DNA of 63,468 nucleotides from Tolypothrix carrinoi HA7290-LM1 (GTDB lineage: Bacteria; Cyanobacteriota; Cyanobacteriia; Cyanobacteriales; Nostocaceae): NCBI GenBank assembly GCA_019358935.1, contig JAHHIK010000040.1, forward strand, positions 1-63,468. The letters run 5' to 3'. Below are positions 1 to 10,349 of this stretch, piece by piece. The notes under the pieces were generated by a model. It made no database searches. It saw only the letters and a list, made by a program, of their open reading frames with translations, and was not told the DNA's origin. How positions within the stretch are numbered: the first letter of the stretch is position 1; each line of letters begins with the position of its first letter. A program made the translations under genes and the position numbers.

Positions 1-118
1 AGACAAATTGAAAGCCGTTCCTAACTGGCAAAAACGGCTTAGAGAATACGTTGAACGGTTGATAGCTGGACAAACGGGAAATGATGGGTAGGTTTGTCCA
101 GATATTAGCGAACAGCAA

Positions 119-364
119 CTAACCCGTTCCATTCCCTCCATGACACCTAAAGCTCATCGCTGGGTGGGGGAAATGGAAGAGATTGCCGAAACCTTTCAAG
201 CGTTGGGTTTGACTGAGCGTACCTTTCAGGGAGCAGCCGATATTTACGATTTGGTGAAAGAAACCTCTTTGGGGAAGGAAACACCAGAAGAGCGTAAAGA
301 CACACGTAACTTTAGCGAAATTATTACTATTCTTTCTATTGAAAGTACATCAAATAACTTTTAA
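119..364 (+). pseudogene. C-terminal fragment of an NAD(P)-dependent oxidoreductase (DUF1932-like)
   Basis: Translation ..SMTPKAHRWVGEMEEIAETF.. resembles the DUF1932 C-terminal domain. No N-terminal Rossmann domain upstream; the first ~90 bp look like the end of an unrelated small ORF. Confidence 0.55.
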
Positions 365-386
365 ACTCATTCAGGAGACTTTCAAC

Positions 387-756
387 ATGAGTAAAATACG
401 TGGTGTTGTAGTCGATCCTAATGTATCTGGACGTTTAGCACTGCATGATGTCGATGCACCGACACCTTCACTAAGCGCGATCGTTTTGTTTGGTACTTCA
501 GGGGGAAATGAATTTAATTCAACGCTCAACGCTTCTACAGTACTGGCGGTGCGAGTTTGTACGGTTTTATATTGTTTCACGAATTACAACGATAATCGGC
601 AGAGTTGGGTTAAAACGGCTGGCAAATTTAGTAGAATCAGGTCAATTGCGTCCCCACATTGATTTAGAAGCTGATTGGACACAAATAGCTGAGGTAGCAC
701 AAAAATTACTTGATAGAGGCTTTCCAGGCAAGGCTGTATTGCACGTCGCGAATTGA
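387..756 (+). pseudogene. Zinc-binding/quinone oxidoreductase (MDR family) remnant with internal deletion and frameshifts
   Basis: RBS aggag then MSKIRGVVVDP..APTP (MDR N-terminus). The C-terminus LANLVESGQLRPHI..GKAVLHV lies in another frame, and most of a ~300 aa protein is missing. Confidence 0.65.
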
Positions 757-777
757 AGACATCAGAACTAAGTTTAG

Positions 778-1138
778 TTGACACTCCCCGCGATAAATCG
801 ACGGGGATTCTTGTCTCACGGGGAGTCCAATGACTTTACCCTCCACAAGCTTACACTGAGTATCCCGCAGCGTTTAATGAAGCGCAGTTTAAAAAACGAG
901 TTTTTTGGTTCCCAGTTATCAGTTCTACAAGATTTTGGGTTAGCCCCCAGGGTTCCGGATCAGGAACTGTCCGCTAGACCTACTTGGCTTTTTATGTGCG
1001 AATTACCGCTATTTATTCATATTAGCGCAATTTCAGACAAAGTTCAACTTTTCCGCATCACGGCTGACGGTTGAATAAATTCAACAAGAGCGCTTATATC
1101 CCCCGCTTGAAAGACGGGGGCTTTACGCATCACGCCTC
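778..1138 (-). mobile_element. Non-autonomous IS200/IS605-family element (PATE/MITE-like, no tnpA/tnpB)
   Basis: Minus strand: target TTAC (1142-1139), left-end hairpin CCCCCGTCTTTCAAGCGGGGG, right-end GAATCCCCGTCGATTTATCGCGGGGAGTG-TCAA. No transposase ORF inside. Confidence 0.75.
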
Positions 1139-1268
1139 GTAAGTTTTATGAAGCAGTCTGCAAAACCCATTACCCGACGTGGAATTAACAAAACACTCAC
1201 TTGGGCTAGTTTCTACCTAATTATCTATAGGAATGAGCGCAAAAATAATTGTGCCTGCACATTATACA

Positions 1269-1296
1269 GTAGCGGTAATTCATGAATTACCGCTAC
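1269..1296. repeat. GTAG-tagged REP-like perfect palindrome
   Basis: GTAGCGGTAATTCATGAATTACCGCTAC is its own reverse complement (28 bp). Confidence 0.85.
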
Positions 1297-2259
<963 letters not shown>

Positions 2260-2444
2260 CTAAAATTATTGAAAGCATCATCGTTTCTGAGTTAAATTTG
2301 TTTTCTTTTGGTTTTATGATTATTTTTTGTCACTGGTCATTAGTTTTAACTAATGACCAATGATTTTAAGAATTAGGCACTTTACAAATACGTCATAATG
2401 TGTAGCAGCGCTTAATCCGAAGTAGAACTTGACCCGCGCTTTGC

Positions 2445-2500
2445 CCCAATTCAAAATTCAAGTCTTATTTTTGAATTTTGAATTTTGAATTTTGAATTCC
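2445..2500. repeat. STRR heptamer (TTTTGAA) inverted array / stem-loop after glbN
   Basis: aattcaaaattcaag ... ttttgaattttgaattttgaattttgaatt. Confidence 0.6.
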
Positions 2501-2509
2501 CCGCAGGGG

Positions 2510-2866
2510 TTACTTGTTCAAAATAGCGCCCTTCAATTTGTCAACACGAGCAACTGCGGCGTTTGTGTCTTCTGTGGATGCACCAACGGAAGCCATTGAT
2601 TCTTTCAGATGAGAAACGATCGCATCGAAGTGTGACTGCTGTAGATTCATACCCGCGTGGGTTTTTTCCATTGTCCGACCAGAGTATTGGTTGGGACCCT
2701 CAAAAATTTGAGCGAAGAAAGCAACTTGATGCTGGCGTTGCTTTTCCATATCTGTATTAGCAAAAAACGGTTGGAGGGTGTTATCTGCTAAAATACGTTT
2801 GTGGAAATCTTGAACCACTTTATCTAGAGTTGCTTGTCCGCCAAGTTTGTCGTACAACTTGTCCAT
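2510..2866 (-). CDS. glbN: Cyanoglobin, group I truncated (2/2) hemoglobin
   Basis: MDKLYDKLGG..F..TDMEKQRQHQ..GP..Y.GR.M...H; 118 aa from an ATG with RBS aggag. Located between nifU and nifH. Confidence 0.9.
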   Translation of the reverse strand: MDKLYDKLGGQATLDKVVQDFHKRILADNTLQPFFANTDMEKQRQHQVAFFAQIFEGPNQYSGRTMEKTHAGMNLQQSHFDAIVSHLKESMASVGASTEDTNAAVARVDKLKGAILNK

Positions 2867-3013
2867 ATCTTTCTCCTTTGAAGCGAGTTGGATGACTAAT
2901 ATGTGCTGTTGCTGTCTGTTGTCAGTAGGACTGAAAGATCGCAAGTTATGTGGGTCAAATCCTACTTTCTCTACAAGGCTTATACTATGACGTATTTGTA
3001 GAGTACGTAAGCC

Positions 3014-3922
3014 TTAAAATAATGGCTCAACCGCTTCCACGACTATGCTTTGAGAAATGCGATCGCGCAATCTCGCTTCAATCGCAATTTTCAAGGTTGC
3101 GGTACTGCTAGAACAAGAACCACATGCACCTTGGAGTAAAACCTTGACGCTATCGCCTTCGACATCGTAAAGTTCAACATCTCCACCGTCGGCAAGCAAT
3201 ACAGGTCTAACTTCTTCATCCAGCACTTTTTGAATAAGTGCGATTTTTTGGACAGTCGTTAGCGTTGAAGGAGCAATTTTTGTAGCAACCGCGCTCTTAT
3301 TACTTGCAGGAGCGGCGATTTCGAGTGCAGATTCCCTTTGCACTTCTTTAATTATATCATCAATAGTCGCTAAACAAGAACCGCATCCGCCACCAGCTTT
3401 AACGTAATTTGTTACTTCCTCTGCGGTGATAAGACTATTCTCTCTAATTACGCGACGAATCTTTGTATCGCTGATGCCAAAACAAGTACAAATTAGCGTA
3501 CCTTCATCATCATCATCATGAGCTTCGCGCTCAATTCCGCGATAATTAAAAATAGCAGCTTCTAAAGCTTCTTGTCCCATCACCGAACAATGCATTTTGG
3601 CTTCAGGAAGTCCACCTAAATAATTAGCGATGTCTTTGTTTGTTACCGCAAGCGCTTCATCGAGAGTTAAACCTTTAACTAATTCAGTCAAAGCACTACT
3701 TGAAGCGATCGCACTCGTACAACCAAAAGTTTGAAAGCGTGCATCAAGAATCTTGTCTGTATCAACTTCAACTTTTAGATGCAATCTCAAAGCATCACCG
3801 CAAGCAATACTACCGACTTCACCAGTAGCAACCTTAACATTTTGTTCAGCAGTTTCTTCAATTTCACCCTGATTTTTGGGATTGTAGAAGAGTTCTAATA
3901 CTTTGTCTGTATATTCCCACAT
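3014..3922 (-). CDS. nifU: Fe-S cluster assembly scaffold NifU
   Basis: GSIACGDAL, FGCTSAIAS, KMHCS, CxC..CGSC and C-terminal NifU domain GACGSC. Confidence 0.97.
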   Translation of the reverse strand: MWEYTDKVLELFYNPKNQGEIEETAEQNVKVATGEVGSIACGDALRLHLKVEVDTDKILDARFQTFGCTSAIASSSALTELVKGLTLDEALAVTNKDIANYLGGLPEAKMHCSVMGQEALEAAIFNYRGIEREAHDDDDEGTLICTCFGISDTKIRRVIRENSLITAEEVTNYVKAGGGCGSCLATIDDIIKEVQRESALEIAAPASNKSAVATKIAPSTLTTVQKIALIQKVLDEEVRPVLLADGGDVELYDVEGDSVKVLLQGACGSCSSSTATLKIAIEARLRDRISQSIVVEAVEPLF

Positions 3923-3924
3923 AA

Positions 3925-4128
3925 GCTGATTTTAGATTTTAGATTTTGGATTTTGGATTGGGAATTGTTAGTTGATAGCTGATAGTTGTTGGTTGTTGGT
4001 TGATAGTTGTTGGTTGTTGGTTGATAGTTTTTAGTTGGAAAAACTGTAGCCACGCTCCGACTATCTACTAACCACGCTCCCACTATCTACTAACCACTAT
4101 CCACTATCCACTAACCACTCCCTACCCA
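3925..4128. repeat. STRR heptamer tandem arrays (TTTTGGA, GTTGTTG/GATAGTT, CCACTAT)
   Basis: Visible tandem 7-mers in the nifS-nifU spacer. Confidence 0.75.
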
Positions 4129-5331
4129 TTAGCGATGAGCGAGTGTTTGTGCTTGCAACCAATCTGCTTTATCGTTTTTGAAGGGTGACATATCGCGCAG
4201 ACGTTGGATAATATCGGGCATTACTGCGATAACTTGGTCAATTTCGGCAACGGTAGTGTAGCGGCAAAGGCTGAAGCGAATTGAGCCGTGTAAAATGGTG
4301 TAGGGTAAGCCCATTGCTCGCAGGACGTGAGACGGTTCGAGAGAACCAGAACTACAAGCAGAACCGGAAGATGCACAAATGCCGTGTTGGTTTAAGTAAA
4401 GGAGAATTGCTTCACCTTCGATATACTTAAAGCCGATGTTGGTGGTGTTGGGTAATCTCTGCGTTGGATCGCCATTAACTTCGCAATCGGGGATTTTGGT
4501 GAGTATAGCTTGTTCGAGGCGATCGCGCAATTTTCTTTCTCTTTTTGTCGCCTCTTCTAAGTGTAACAGTTCAAGTTCCGCAGCTTTGCCCAAGGCGATA
4601 ATTCCGGGAACGTTTTCTGTTCCTGAACGGCGTCCGCGTTCTTGTTGTCCACCAATTAAAAAGGGACGAAATCTCACACCGCGTCGCACATACAGAACAC
4701 CAATTCCTTTTGTAGCGTGTATTTTATGACCTGACATCGTAAGCATATCTACGGTGCTGGTTTTCATATTTAGCGGGATTTTACCAACCGCTTGCACCGC
4801 ATCTACATGAAATATAGCACCATACTCTTTGACGCGCAACCCAATTTGCTCAATTGGGAAAATTACACCGGTTTCGTTATTGGCGTACATAATCGTCACC
4901 AAAGCGGTGTTACCAGTCAGGGAAGCTTCTAGTTCATCTAGATCCAACTGTCCCTTACCATTCACCGACAAATAGGTAACGGTGTAACCTTGAGTTTCAA
5001 GTTGTTTGCAGACATTTAGCACTGCTGGATGTTCAACTTGGGTGGTGATGATGTGACGCTTTTCGGGTTGCGCTAACAATGCAGCGCGAATCGCAGCGTT
5101 ATCACCTTCTGTACCGCAACTGGTGAAGATGATTTCTGAGTCATCGGCTCCCAGTAAGGCTGCAACTTGTTGACGTGCTTGTTTTACGGCTTTACCAACT
5201 TGCCCACCAAAGGTGTGCATACTCGAAGGATTACCGTAAAAATCTGTCATGTAGGGCATCATTGCTTCTACTACTTCTGGATCTACTTTGGTTGTGGCGT
5301 TGTTATCCAGGTAAATGCAGTTTTTTTGCAT
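4129..5331 (-). CDS. nifS: Cysteine desulfurase NifS
   Basis: YLDNNATT, SGHKIH (PLP Lys), SSGSACSSGS. Confidence 0.97.
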   Translation of the reverse strand: MQKNCIYLDNNATTKVDPEVVEAMMPYMTDFYGNPSSMHTFGGQVGKAVKQARQQVAALLGADDSEIIFTSCGTEGDNAAIRAALLAQPEKRHIITTQVEHPAVLNVCKQLETQGYTVTYLSVNGKGQLDLDELEASLTGNTALVTIMYANNETGVIFPIEQIGLRVKEYGAIFHVDAVQAVGKIPLNMKTSTVDMLTMSGHKIHATKGIGVLYVRRGVRFRPFLIGGQQERGRRSGTENVPGIIALGKAAELELLHLEEATKRERKLRDRLEQAILTKIPDCEVNGDPTQRLPNTTNIGFKYIEGEAILLYLNQHGICASSGSACSSGSLEPSHVLRAMGLPYTILHGSIRFSLCRYTTVAEIDQVIAVMPDIIQRLRDMSPFKNDKADWLQAQTLAHR

Positions 5332-5394
5332 TGGTTTTTACTTAATTTGACGGCTTCGCAAATTTGTCTTTTTATTGAGGGTTTTTAGGGGTGG

Positions 5395-5514
5395 AGCAAT
5401 CCTATTTGAAGAGAAACGTAGACGCGCAAGCGGCTTGCCGCAGGCTACCGCCAAGAAGCCAAGAGCGCCAAGAAAAGAGATGGGGAGAGTTCTAGGGAAT
5501 GATTTAGGATTGCT
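5395..5514. mobile_element. MITE-like element with terminal inverted repeats AGCAATCCTA...TAGGATTGCT, containing a GTAG...CTAC palindrome
   Basis: 10-bp perfect TIRs; internal gtagacgcgcaagcggcttgccgcaggctac. Confidence 0.55.
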
Positions 5515-5602
5515 AGTGTATGAAGTGTTTTAGTTGCAAAAAGGATGTGATTTATCTTTTCACACTTCATACAATGAGGGAAAAGTTATATTTTGATTCT
5601 AG

Positions 5603-5938
5603 CTATTTGCTGTTGATTTTTTGCAATTGTTCGGAGTATTTCTGGGAATAACAGTTAAACCAAGTTTCCCAATAATCTGGTTCTTTTTTGAGATTTTTGA
5701 CTATATTGTTGTAAGTGTCAAACCATGATTCCCAGTAATCGTTTGGCTGTTTTTTGCAGCCGTTGCAAGTGGGACAACCGGCTTTACATTGAGGCACGCT
5801 ATAAACACTATCAATGCAGTTTGTGCAAAGGTCGGGGTCAATCCAGTGGTTTCCGTCAATTATTTTAATTGCGCCAACTGGACATACAGATGCACACAGT
5901 TTGCAGGAAATACATTGGCTGGTAATTTTGTAAGCCAT
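5603..5938 (-). CDS. fdxN: nif-specific 4Fe-4S ferredoxin FdxN (uninterrupted)
   Basis: CxxCxxCxxxCP and CTNC..PQC..GCP motifs; YW..WF..Y repeats; between nifB and nifS. Confidence 0.93.
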   Translation of the reverse strand: MAYKITSQCISCKLCASVCPVGAIKIIDGNHWIDPDLCTNCIDSVYSVPQCKAGCPTCNGCKKQPNDYWESWFDTYNNIVKNLKKEPDYWETWFNCYSQKYSEQLQKINSK

Positions 5939-5974
5939 GATTATTCTCCTTATTATATTGGGGGAATGGTGGTA

Positions 5975-6095
5975 GGAGCGTTGTTAATTGTTGGTTGTTA
6001 GTTGGTTGTTGGGTGTTAGTAGTTAGTTGTTGGGTATTTTACTAACCACTAACCACGCTCTTACTAACTACTAACTCCTAACTACTAACTCCTAA
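5975..6095. repeat. STRR heptamer inverted arrays (GTTAGTT / ACTAACT)
   Basis: Tandem 7-mers of opposite orientation between nifB and fdxN. Confidence 0.7.
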
Positions 6096-7541
6096 CTATT
6101 CCTTATTCCATTGTTGGTAAAACTCTAAAGCAACTTTTTCGATGATGTCGTAGCTTTCGACAGCCTGTATCCCAGCTTTTTCCAATTTGGTTTTGGGAGA
6201 TTCACCAATTTTGGAGACTAAAACCGCTTTGCAATCTGCGATCGCTTCTATAATTTTTTCTAGTGTGCCTTCTTCTCCATATCCACTTTGGCAGAAGTGG
6301 TCTATTTTGCGATGACTCACAAAGCGAGCTTCGTTACCATCCACTTCGTAAATTTGGAATTCTTTCGCATGACCGAAGTGTTGATTCACCAATCCGCTAC
6401 CTTTGGTTGCAACTGCAACTAAGATTTTGGGATTGTTTTGTACAGACGCGACATGTCGCGTCTCTACAGCTTTTTCTTTAGCTGCTTTGATTTCTTGTTG
6501 GAATTTCTCAATTCCTTCGTGGACTTCTTGACGTTTGTCCAAGTCGTATTCGGGTGTTATTTCCAAGATTTTGTCTTTGGTGAATTCTTGGCTGCGGTCT
6601 TCTCCTAATAATCCTACCGCATCTGCACGACATTGACGACAATGGCGCATCATTTTCATGTTGCCGGAGCAATCATCTTGAACTTTTTTGAGTTCTTTTT
6701 GGGTAGGACCGCGCTGCCCGGTTAAGCCGAAGTGTGTGCCGTGTTCTGGTGCAGAAATCAACGGCATAATGTTGTGCAAGAATGCACCTTTGGAACGAAT
6801 GACTTTATTTACTTCTACCAAATGCTCGTCATTGATTCCCGGAATCATCACCGAGTTGACTTTGCATAAGATGTCAGCTTCTCTCAAAGCGTCGAGTCCT
6901 TCCATCTGCTTTTCGTGCAGAATCTTGACTCCTTCAAGACCTCTGTAGCGCTTGCGGTTGTAGTGAACCCAAGGATAAATCTTCACCCCGATTTCTGGGT
7001 CTACCATGTTGATGGTGATGGTGACGTGATCGATATTTAGTTGTTTAATGCGATCGACGTATTCGGGAAGCATCAATCCGTTTGTTGACAGACAAAGCTT
7101 AATATCCGGTGCTTGTTCGGCAACTAACTCAAAGGTGCGGAAGGTCTTTTCTGGATTCGCTAGTGGATCTCCAGGACCTGCGATTCCCAAAACTGTCATT
7201 TGAGGAATTTTGCCTGCAATTACCAATGCTTTGTGCGCTGCTTCTTCGGGGGTTAACAATTCGCTAACTACTCCGGGACGGCTTTCGTTCGCACAGTCAT
7301 ATTTCCGGTTACAATAGTTGCATTGAATGTTACAAGCCGGCGCAACTGCAACGTGCATCCGAGCATAGTGATGATGTGCATCTTCACTATAGCAGGGATG
7401 TTTGGCGATGCGCTCTTTGGTCTTTTCGTCCATTTCGACGACGTGGCTAGTATCGCTCTTACGTCCGCAACCACCGGATTTTGCTTTGGTTGGTTCTGTG
7501 ACGACGGTGGTGTTGATAATTCCTGAAGACGGTAGTGTCAT
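6096..7541 (-). CDS. nifB: FeMo-cofactor biosynthesis radical SAM protein NifB
   Basis: [21 protein letters not shown] and C-terminal NifX-like domain (HFGHA). Start taken at MTLPSS. Confidence 0.97.
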   Translation of the reverse strand: MTLPSSGIINTTVVTEPTKAKSGGCGRKSDTSHVVEMDEKTKERIAKHPCYSEDAHHHYARMHVAVAPACNIQCNYCNRKYDCANESRPGVVSELLTPEEAAHKALVIAGKIPQMTVLGIAGPGDPLANPEKTFRTFELVAEQAPDIKLCLSTNGLMLPEYVDRIKQLNIDHVTITINMVDPEIGVKIYPWVHYNRKRYRGLEGVKILHEKQMEGLDALREADILCKVNSVMIPGINDEHLVEVNKVIRSKGAFLHNIMPLISAPEHGTHFGLTGQRGPTQKELKKVQDDCSGNMKMMRHCRQCRADAVGLLGEDRSQEFTKDKILEITPEYDLDKRQEVHEGIEKFQQEIKAAKEKAVETRHVASVQNNPKILVAVATKGSGLVNQHFGHAKEFQIYEVDGNEARFVSHRKIDHFCQSGYGEEGTLEKIIEAIADCKAVLVSKIGESPKTKLEKAGIQAVESYDIIEKVALEFYQQWNKE

Positions 7542-7879
7542 TGAATCTCGCAAAGGATCGGTGGACTGTGGCTGCCACTGTGGGAGATGGAAGTACAACC
7601 CGACGAATTGAAGTCGCGTCTTCTACTCACTTTGTCTGAGGAAGGAAGGTTGTAAAACCCTGGTTTACGTCGGCTGGTGTGTGTCAACGTTTGAATCGGG
7701 AGTGTGTACAGCCGCGACTTCTATTCACAGGATATGGTGCTATCTCATCCTTCCACTCACTAATCGCTCTTCTATCTGGGAGGAAAATAAGCTGTTGTCG
7801 TTGTCGGAGCGCTTAGTGATTGGCGATATAAGATTTATAGCAGTCGTTCTCAAAGGCGTTGAAGCGGCTGTTCTGGATA

Positions 7880-8112
7880 GAATTTATTGAATTGATTATG
7901 CTTGTACTCAAAATATCCAAACCCACTTGACATCTGAGTTTCAAGAATTAAAAAATATTTTTTTGGGGTTAGGTACTAGTATTTTTCAATAGGGGTACTA
8001 GTATTTAGGGAGGAGGGTGCAGGGGTTTGATGTACTCAACTCTAACCCAATCCTCATAAGGATTAAAGCAGAATTTTAGCTTTTTTTTATCTCTCTTAGG
8101 TTGTACTCAAGC
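7880..8112 (-). promoter_or_regulatory. nifB upstream CnfR-type cis-element
   Basis: TGAGTACA on the minus strand at 7903-7910, 8031-8038 and 8102-8109; tandem AAATACTAGTACC at 7972-7984 and 7994-8006. Confidence 0.75.
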
Positions 8113-8505
8113 TACCCTTAAATGCATCAACAAATACCATTTCTGGCAGATTTAAGGGGCGAAAATCTGGAGTAGGCTTGTCTGGACTACTCCAGAAAAT
8201 TGCGAAATTCAATTCTGTATACAGAATATCATTTTTTTGAGTGAAAAAATGCCGTTTATTTTTTTTTAAGATTTGTCGGAATGTTAATGAGATTAAGTTG
8301 CACATAAAAGTGGGTTTTGATGGCGCAAAGCCGCTTGTGTGGGGAGATGCAGCGATGCGGATATTTTGCATTTCTGTCGGGCGATCGCGCTACGGCATTT
8401 GGGAAACTCGCCTTGCAGATGATAGCTAACCAGATAAAATCTGTAGTGTTTCACAAATGTTGTAAAAGTTATCCTAGGCATAACCTACGTTAAATAATAA
8501 AACCA

Positions 8506-8736
8506 ATGTTGCAATCAGTAGAAGGAATTTATCAAAACGGCAAAGTTGAGTTGCTACAAGTTCCCACCGATGTAGATGAAGCGCGTGTAATTGTCACTTT
8601 TCTTCCGAAATCTGGTTCTGTTGATTTGTCATCTCGCGGTATAAATCAGGAACAAGCCGCAAATCTACGCGCTAGGCTGCAAAGTTTTGCCCAAGATTGG
8701 GATAGTCCTGATATGGCAGCTTACGATGCCTTATAG
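8506..8736 (+). CDS. Putative type II antitoxin
   Basis: 76 aa, MLQSVEGIYQNGKVEL..WD.PDM..YD. Overlaps the start of the downstream PemK-like gene. Confidence 0.7.
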   Translation: MLQSVEGIYQNGKVELLQVPTDVDEARVIVTFLPKSGSVDLSSRGINQEQAANLRARLQSFAQDWDSPDMAAYDAL

Positions 8737-9061
8737 CCGTGGAGAAGTGGTACTGGTTTTCTTTCCAGATTCAAATCTCCGAACTGCTAAACGTCGTCCT
8801 GCCTTGGTTGTTCAGGCAGATCGTTTGGGGACTAATTTACCGCAAATTATTGTGGCTATGATTACCAGTAATCTTGCTCGTGCAGGACATCCTAGCCGAG
8901 TGTTGGTGCAGCTAACAACCCCAGAAGGGCAACAAACAGACTCAGTTATTATGACCGACAATCTTGTGACTGTTCTTGATATAGAAATTGATCGGACTAT
9001 TGGTGTCTGGTCAGATATGCTTTCTGTCGATGCTGCGCTTCGTCACACTTTTGGGCTTTAG
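8726..9061 (+). CDS. Type II TA toxin, PemK/MazF family endoribonuclease
   Basis: RGEVVLV.FP.S....K.RPALVVQ...IVAMITS motifs. Start at MPYSRG overlapping the antitoxin stop. Confidence 0.85.
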   Translation: MPYSRGEVVLVFFPDSNLRTAKRRPALVVQADRLGTNLPQIIVAMITSNLARAGHPSRVLVQLTTPEGQQTDSVIMTDNLVTVLDIEIDRTIGVWSDMLSVDAALRHTFGL

Positions 9062-9108
9062 CAAGACTTTTAGAAAATGTTTTTTTCAGTTGTTGTAGGA
9101 GGAAAATT

Positions 9109-10053
9109 ATGAAAGCGATCGCTATTCGTGGTTACGGTTCGGCTGGTGTTTTGCAGTATGAGGATTTACCAACACCGAAAATCAAATCAGATCAGTTGCT
9201 GGTGAAGGTTCACGCTTCTAGTGTTAATCCGGTTGATTGGAAAATCCGCCAAGGAATGTTGCAATTGATTACGGGTTATTCTTTCCCGAAGATTTTGGGG
9301 TTTGATTTGTCGGGTGAAGTGGTAGAAGTTGGTTCTGATGTGACGCGCTTCAAGCCAGGAGATTTGATTTATGGTTGTTTAAGCGCTGCTTTTGGGGGAG
9401 CTTATGCAGAATACGCTGCTGTTCCTGAAAAAGTTGCGGCAATGAAACCGGCGAATATGACGTTTGAAGAAGCAGCTTCTTTACCTGTTGCTGCGGGTAC
9501 TTCGTTGCAAGCTTTGCGAGATTTGGGAAACATTCAACCGTTACAAAGCGTCTTAGTAAATGGTGCTTCGGGTGGTGTGGGTGTTTTTGCGGTGCAACTT
9601 GCAAAGATTTTCGGAGCTGAGGTAACGGCTGTTTGTAGTAGCAAAAACTTTGATTTGGTGAAGTCTTTGGGAGCCGATCGCTTGATTGATTACAAGCAAC
9701 AAAATTTCATTCAAGATGCTGCCCTGTACGATATTATCTTTGATGCGGTGGCGAAAGAATCGTTTTCTAGCTGCAAAGAAGTTCTTAAACCTAACGGTAT
9801 TTACATAACTACATTACCTAGCCCTGATACTTTTGTGCAAGGTGCTTTGACTGCGTTGATTCCTGGTAAAAAAGCCAAATTTATTCTTTTCAATTGCAAT
9901 ACTGAGGATTTGACTTATCTGAAAGATTTAATTGAGGCTGGGAAAATGCGAACAGTAATTGATCGCACATTTCCTTTAAATGAGTTAGCAGCAGCGCATA
10001 CTTACAGCGAAAGCGGTCGAACTGTGGGGAAAATTGCGATCGCGATCGGCTAG
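9109..10053 (+). CDS. NAD(P)-dependent alcohol dehydrogenase / quinone oxidoreductase (MDR family)
   Basis: SVNPVDWK, VLVNGASGGVG, GKI C-terminus; RBS aggagg. Confidence 0.9.
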   Translation: MKAIAIRGYGSAGVLQYEDLPTPKIKSDQLLVKVHASSVNPVDWKIRQGMLQLITGYSFPKILGFDLSGEVVEVGSDVTRFKPGDLIYGCLSAAFGGAYAEYAAVPEKVAAMKPANMTFEEAASLPVAAGTSLQALRDLGNIQPLQSVLVNGASGGVGVFAVQLAKIFGAEVTAVCSSKNFDLVKSLGADRLIDYKQQNFIQDAALYDIIFDAVAKESFSSCKEVLKPNGIYITTLPSPDTFVQGALTALIPGKKAKFILFNCNTEDLTYLKDLIEAGKMRTVIDRTFPLNELAAAHTYSESGRTVGKIAIAIG

Positions 10054-10185
10054 AGGAGGAGACAAGGGAGACAAGGGAGACAAGGGAGACAAGGGAGATA
10101 AAAAAGAAATTTTTTTTATCCCCTTATCCTCCTCGTCCCCCTTGTCCTCCTTGTCCCCCACTCCCCCTCTCCCCCTCTTCCCTTC
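10054..10185. repeat. Composite GGAGACAAG / CTTGTCCCC inverted tandem repeat (hairpin, possible terminator)
   Basis: (gagacaagg)x4 followed by complementary pyrimidine tracts. Confidence 0.75.
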
Positions 10186-10349
10186 AGCAGATGCAGCGAT
10201 GAGATTTTAAATGGTATTTGTACATACAGACAACAGAAGCCTAAAAGAAAATAAAGAAAGTCGTTTTTTCCTGACTTGAATAATAGGATATATTTAGTAA
10301 CTCGATATACAGAAGTTTTATTTTGAAGGCGAATACTTCATCTTTCAGT

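Noticed and set aside
778..1074. 98-aa ORF inside the IS605-like element as a transposase
   Set aside because: No HUH or RuvC motifs; it lies antisense to the element and starts in its end hairpin.
5603..5938. fdxN excision element as in Anabaena PCC 7120
   Set aside because: fdxN is contiguous and full length here.
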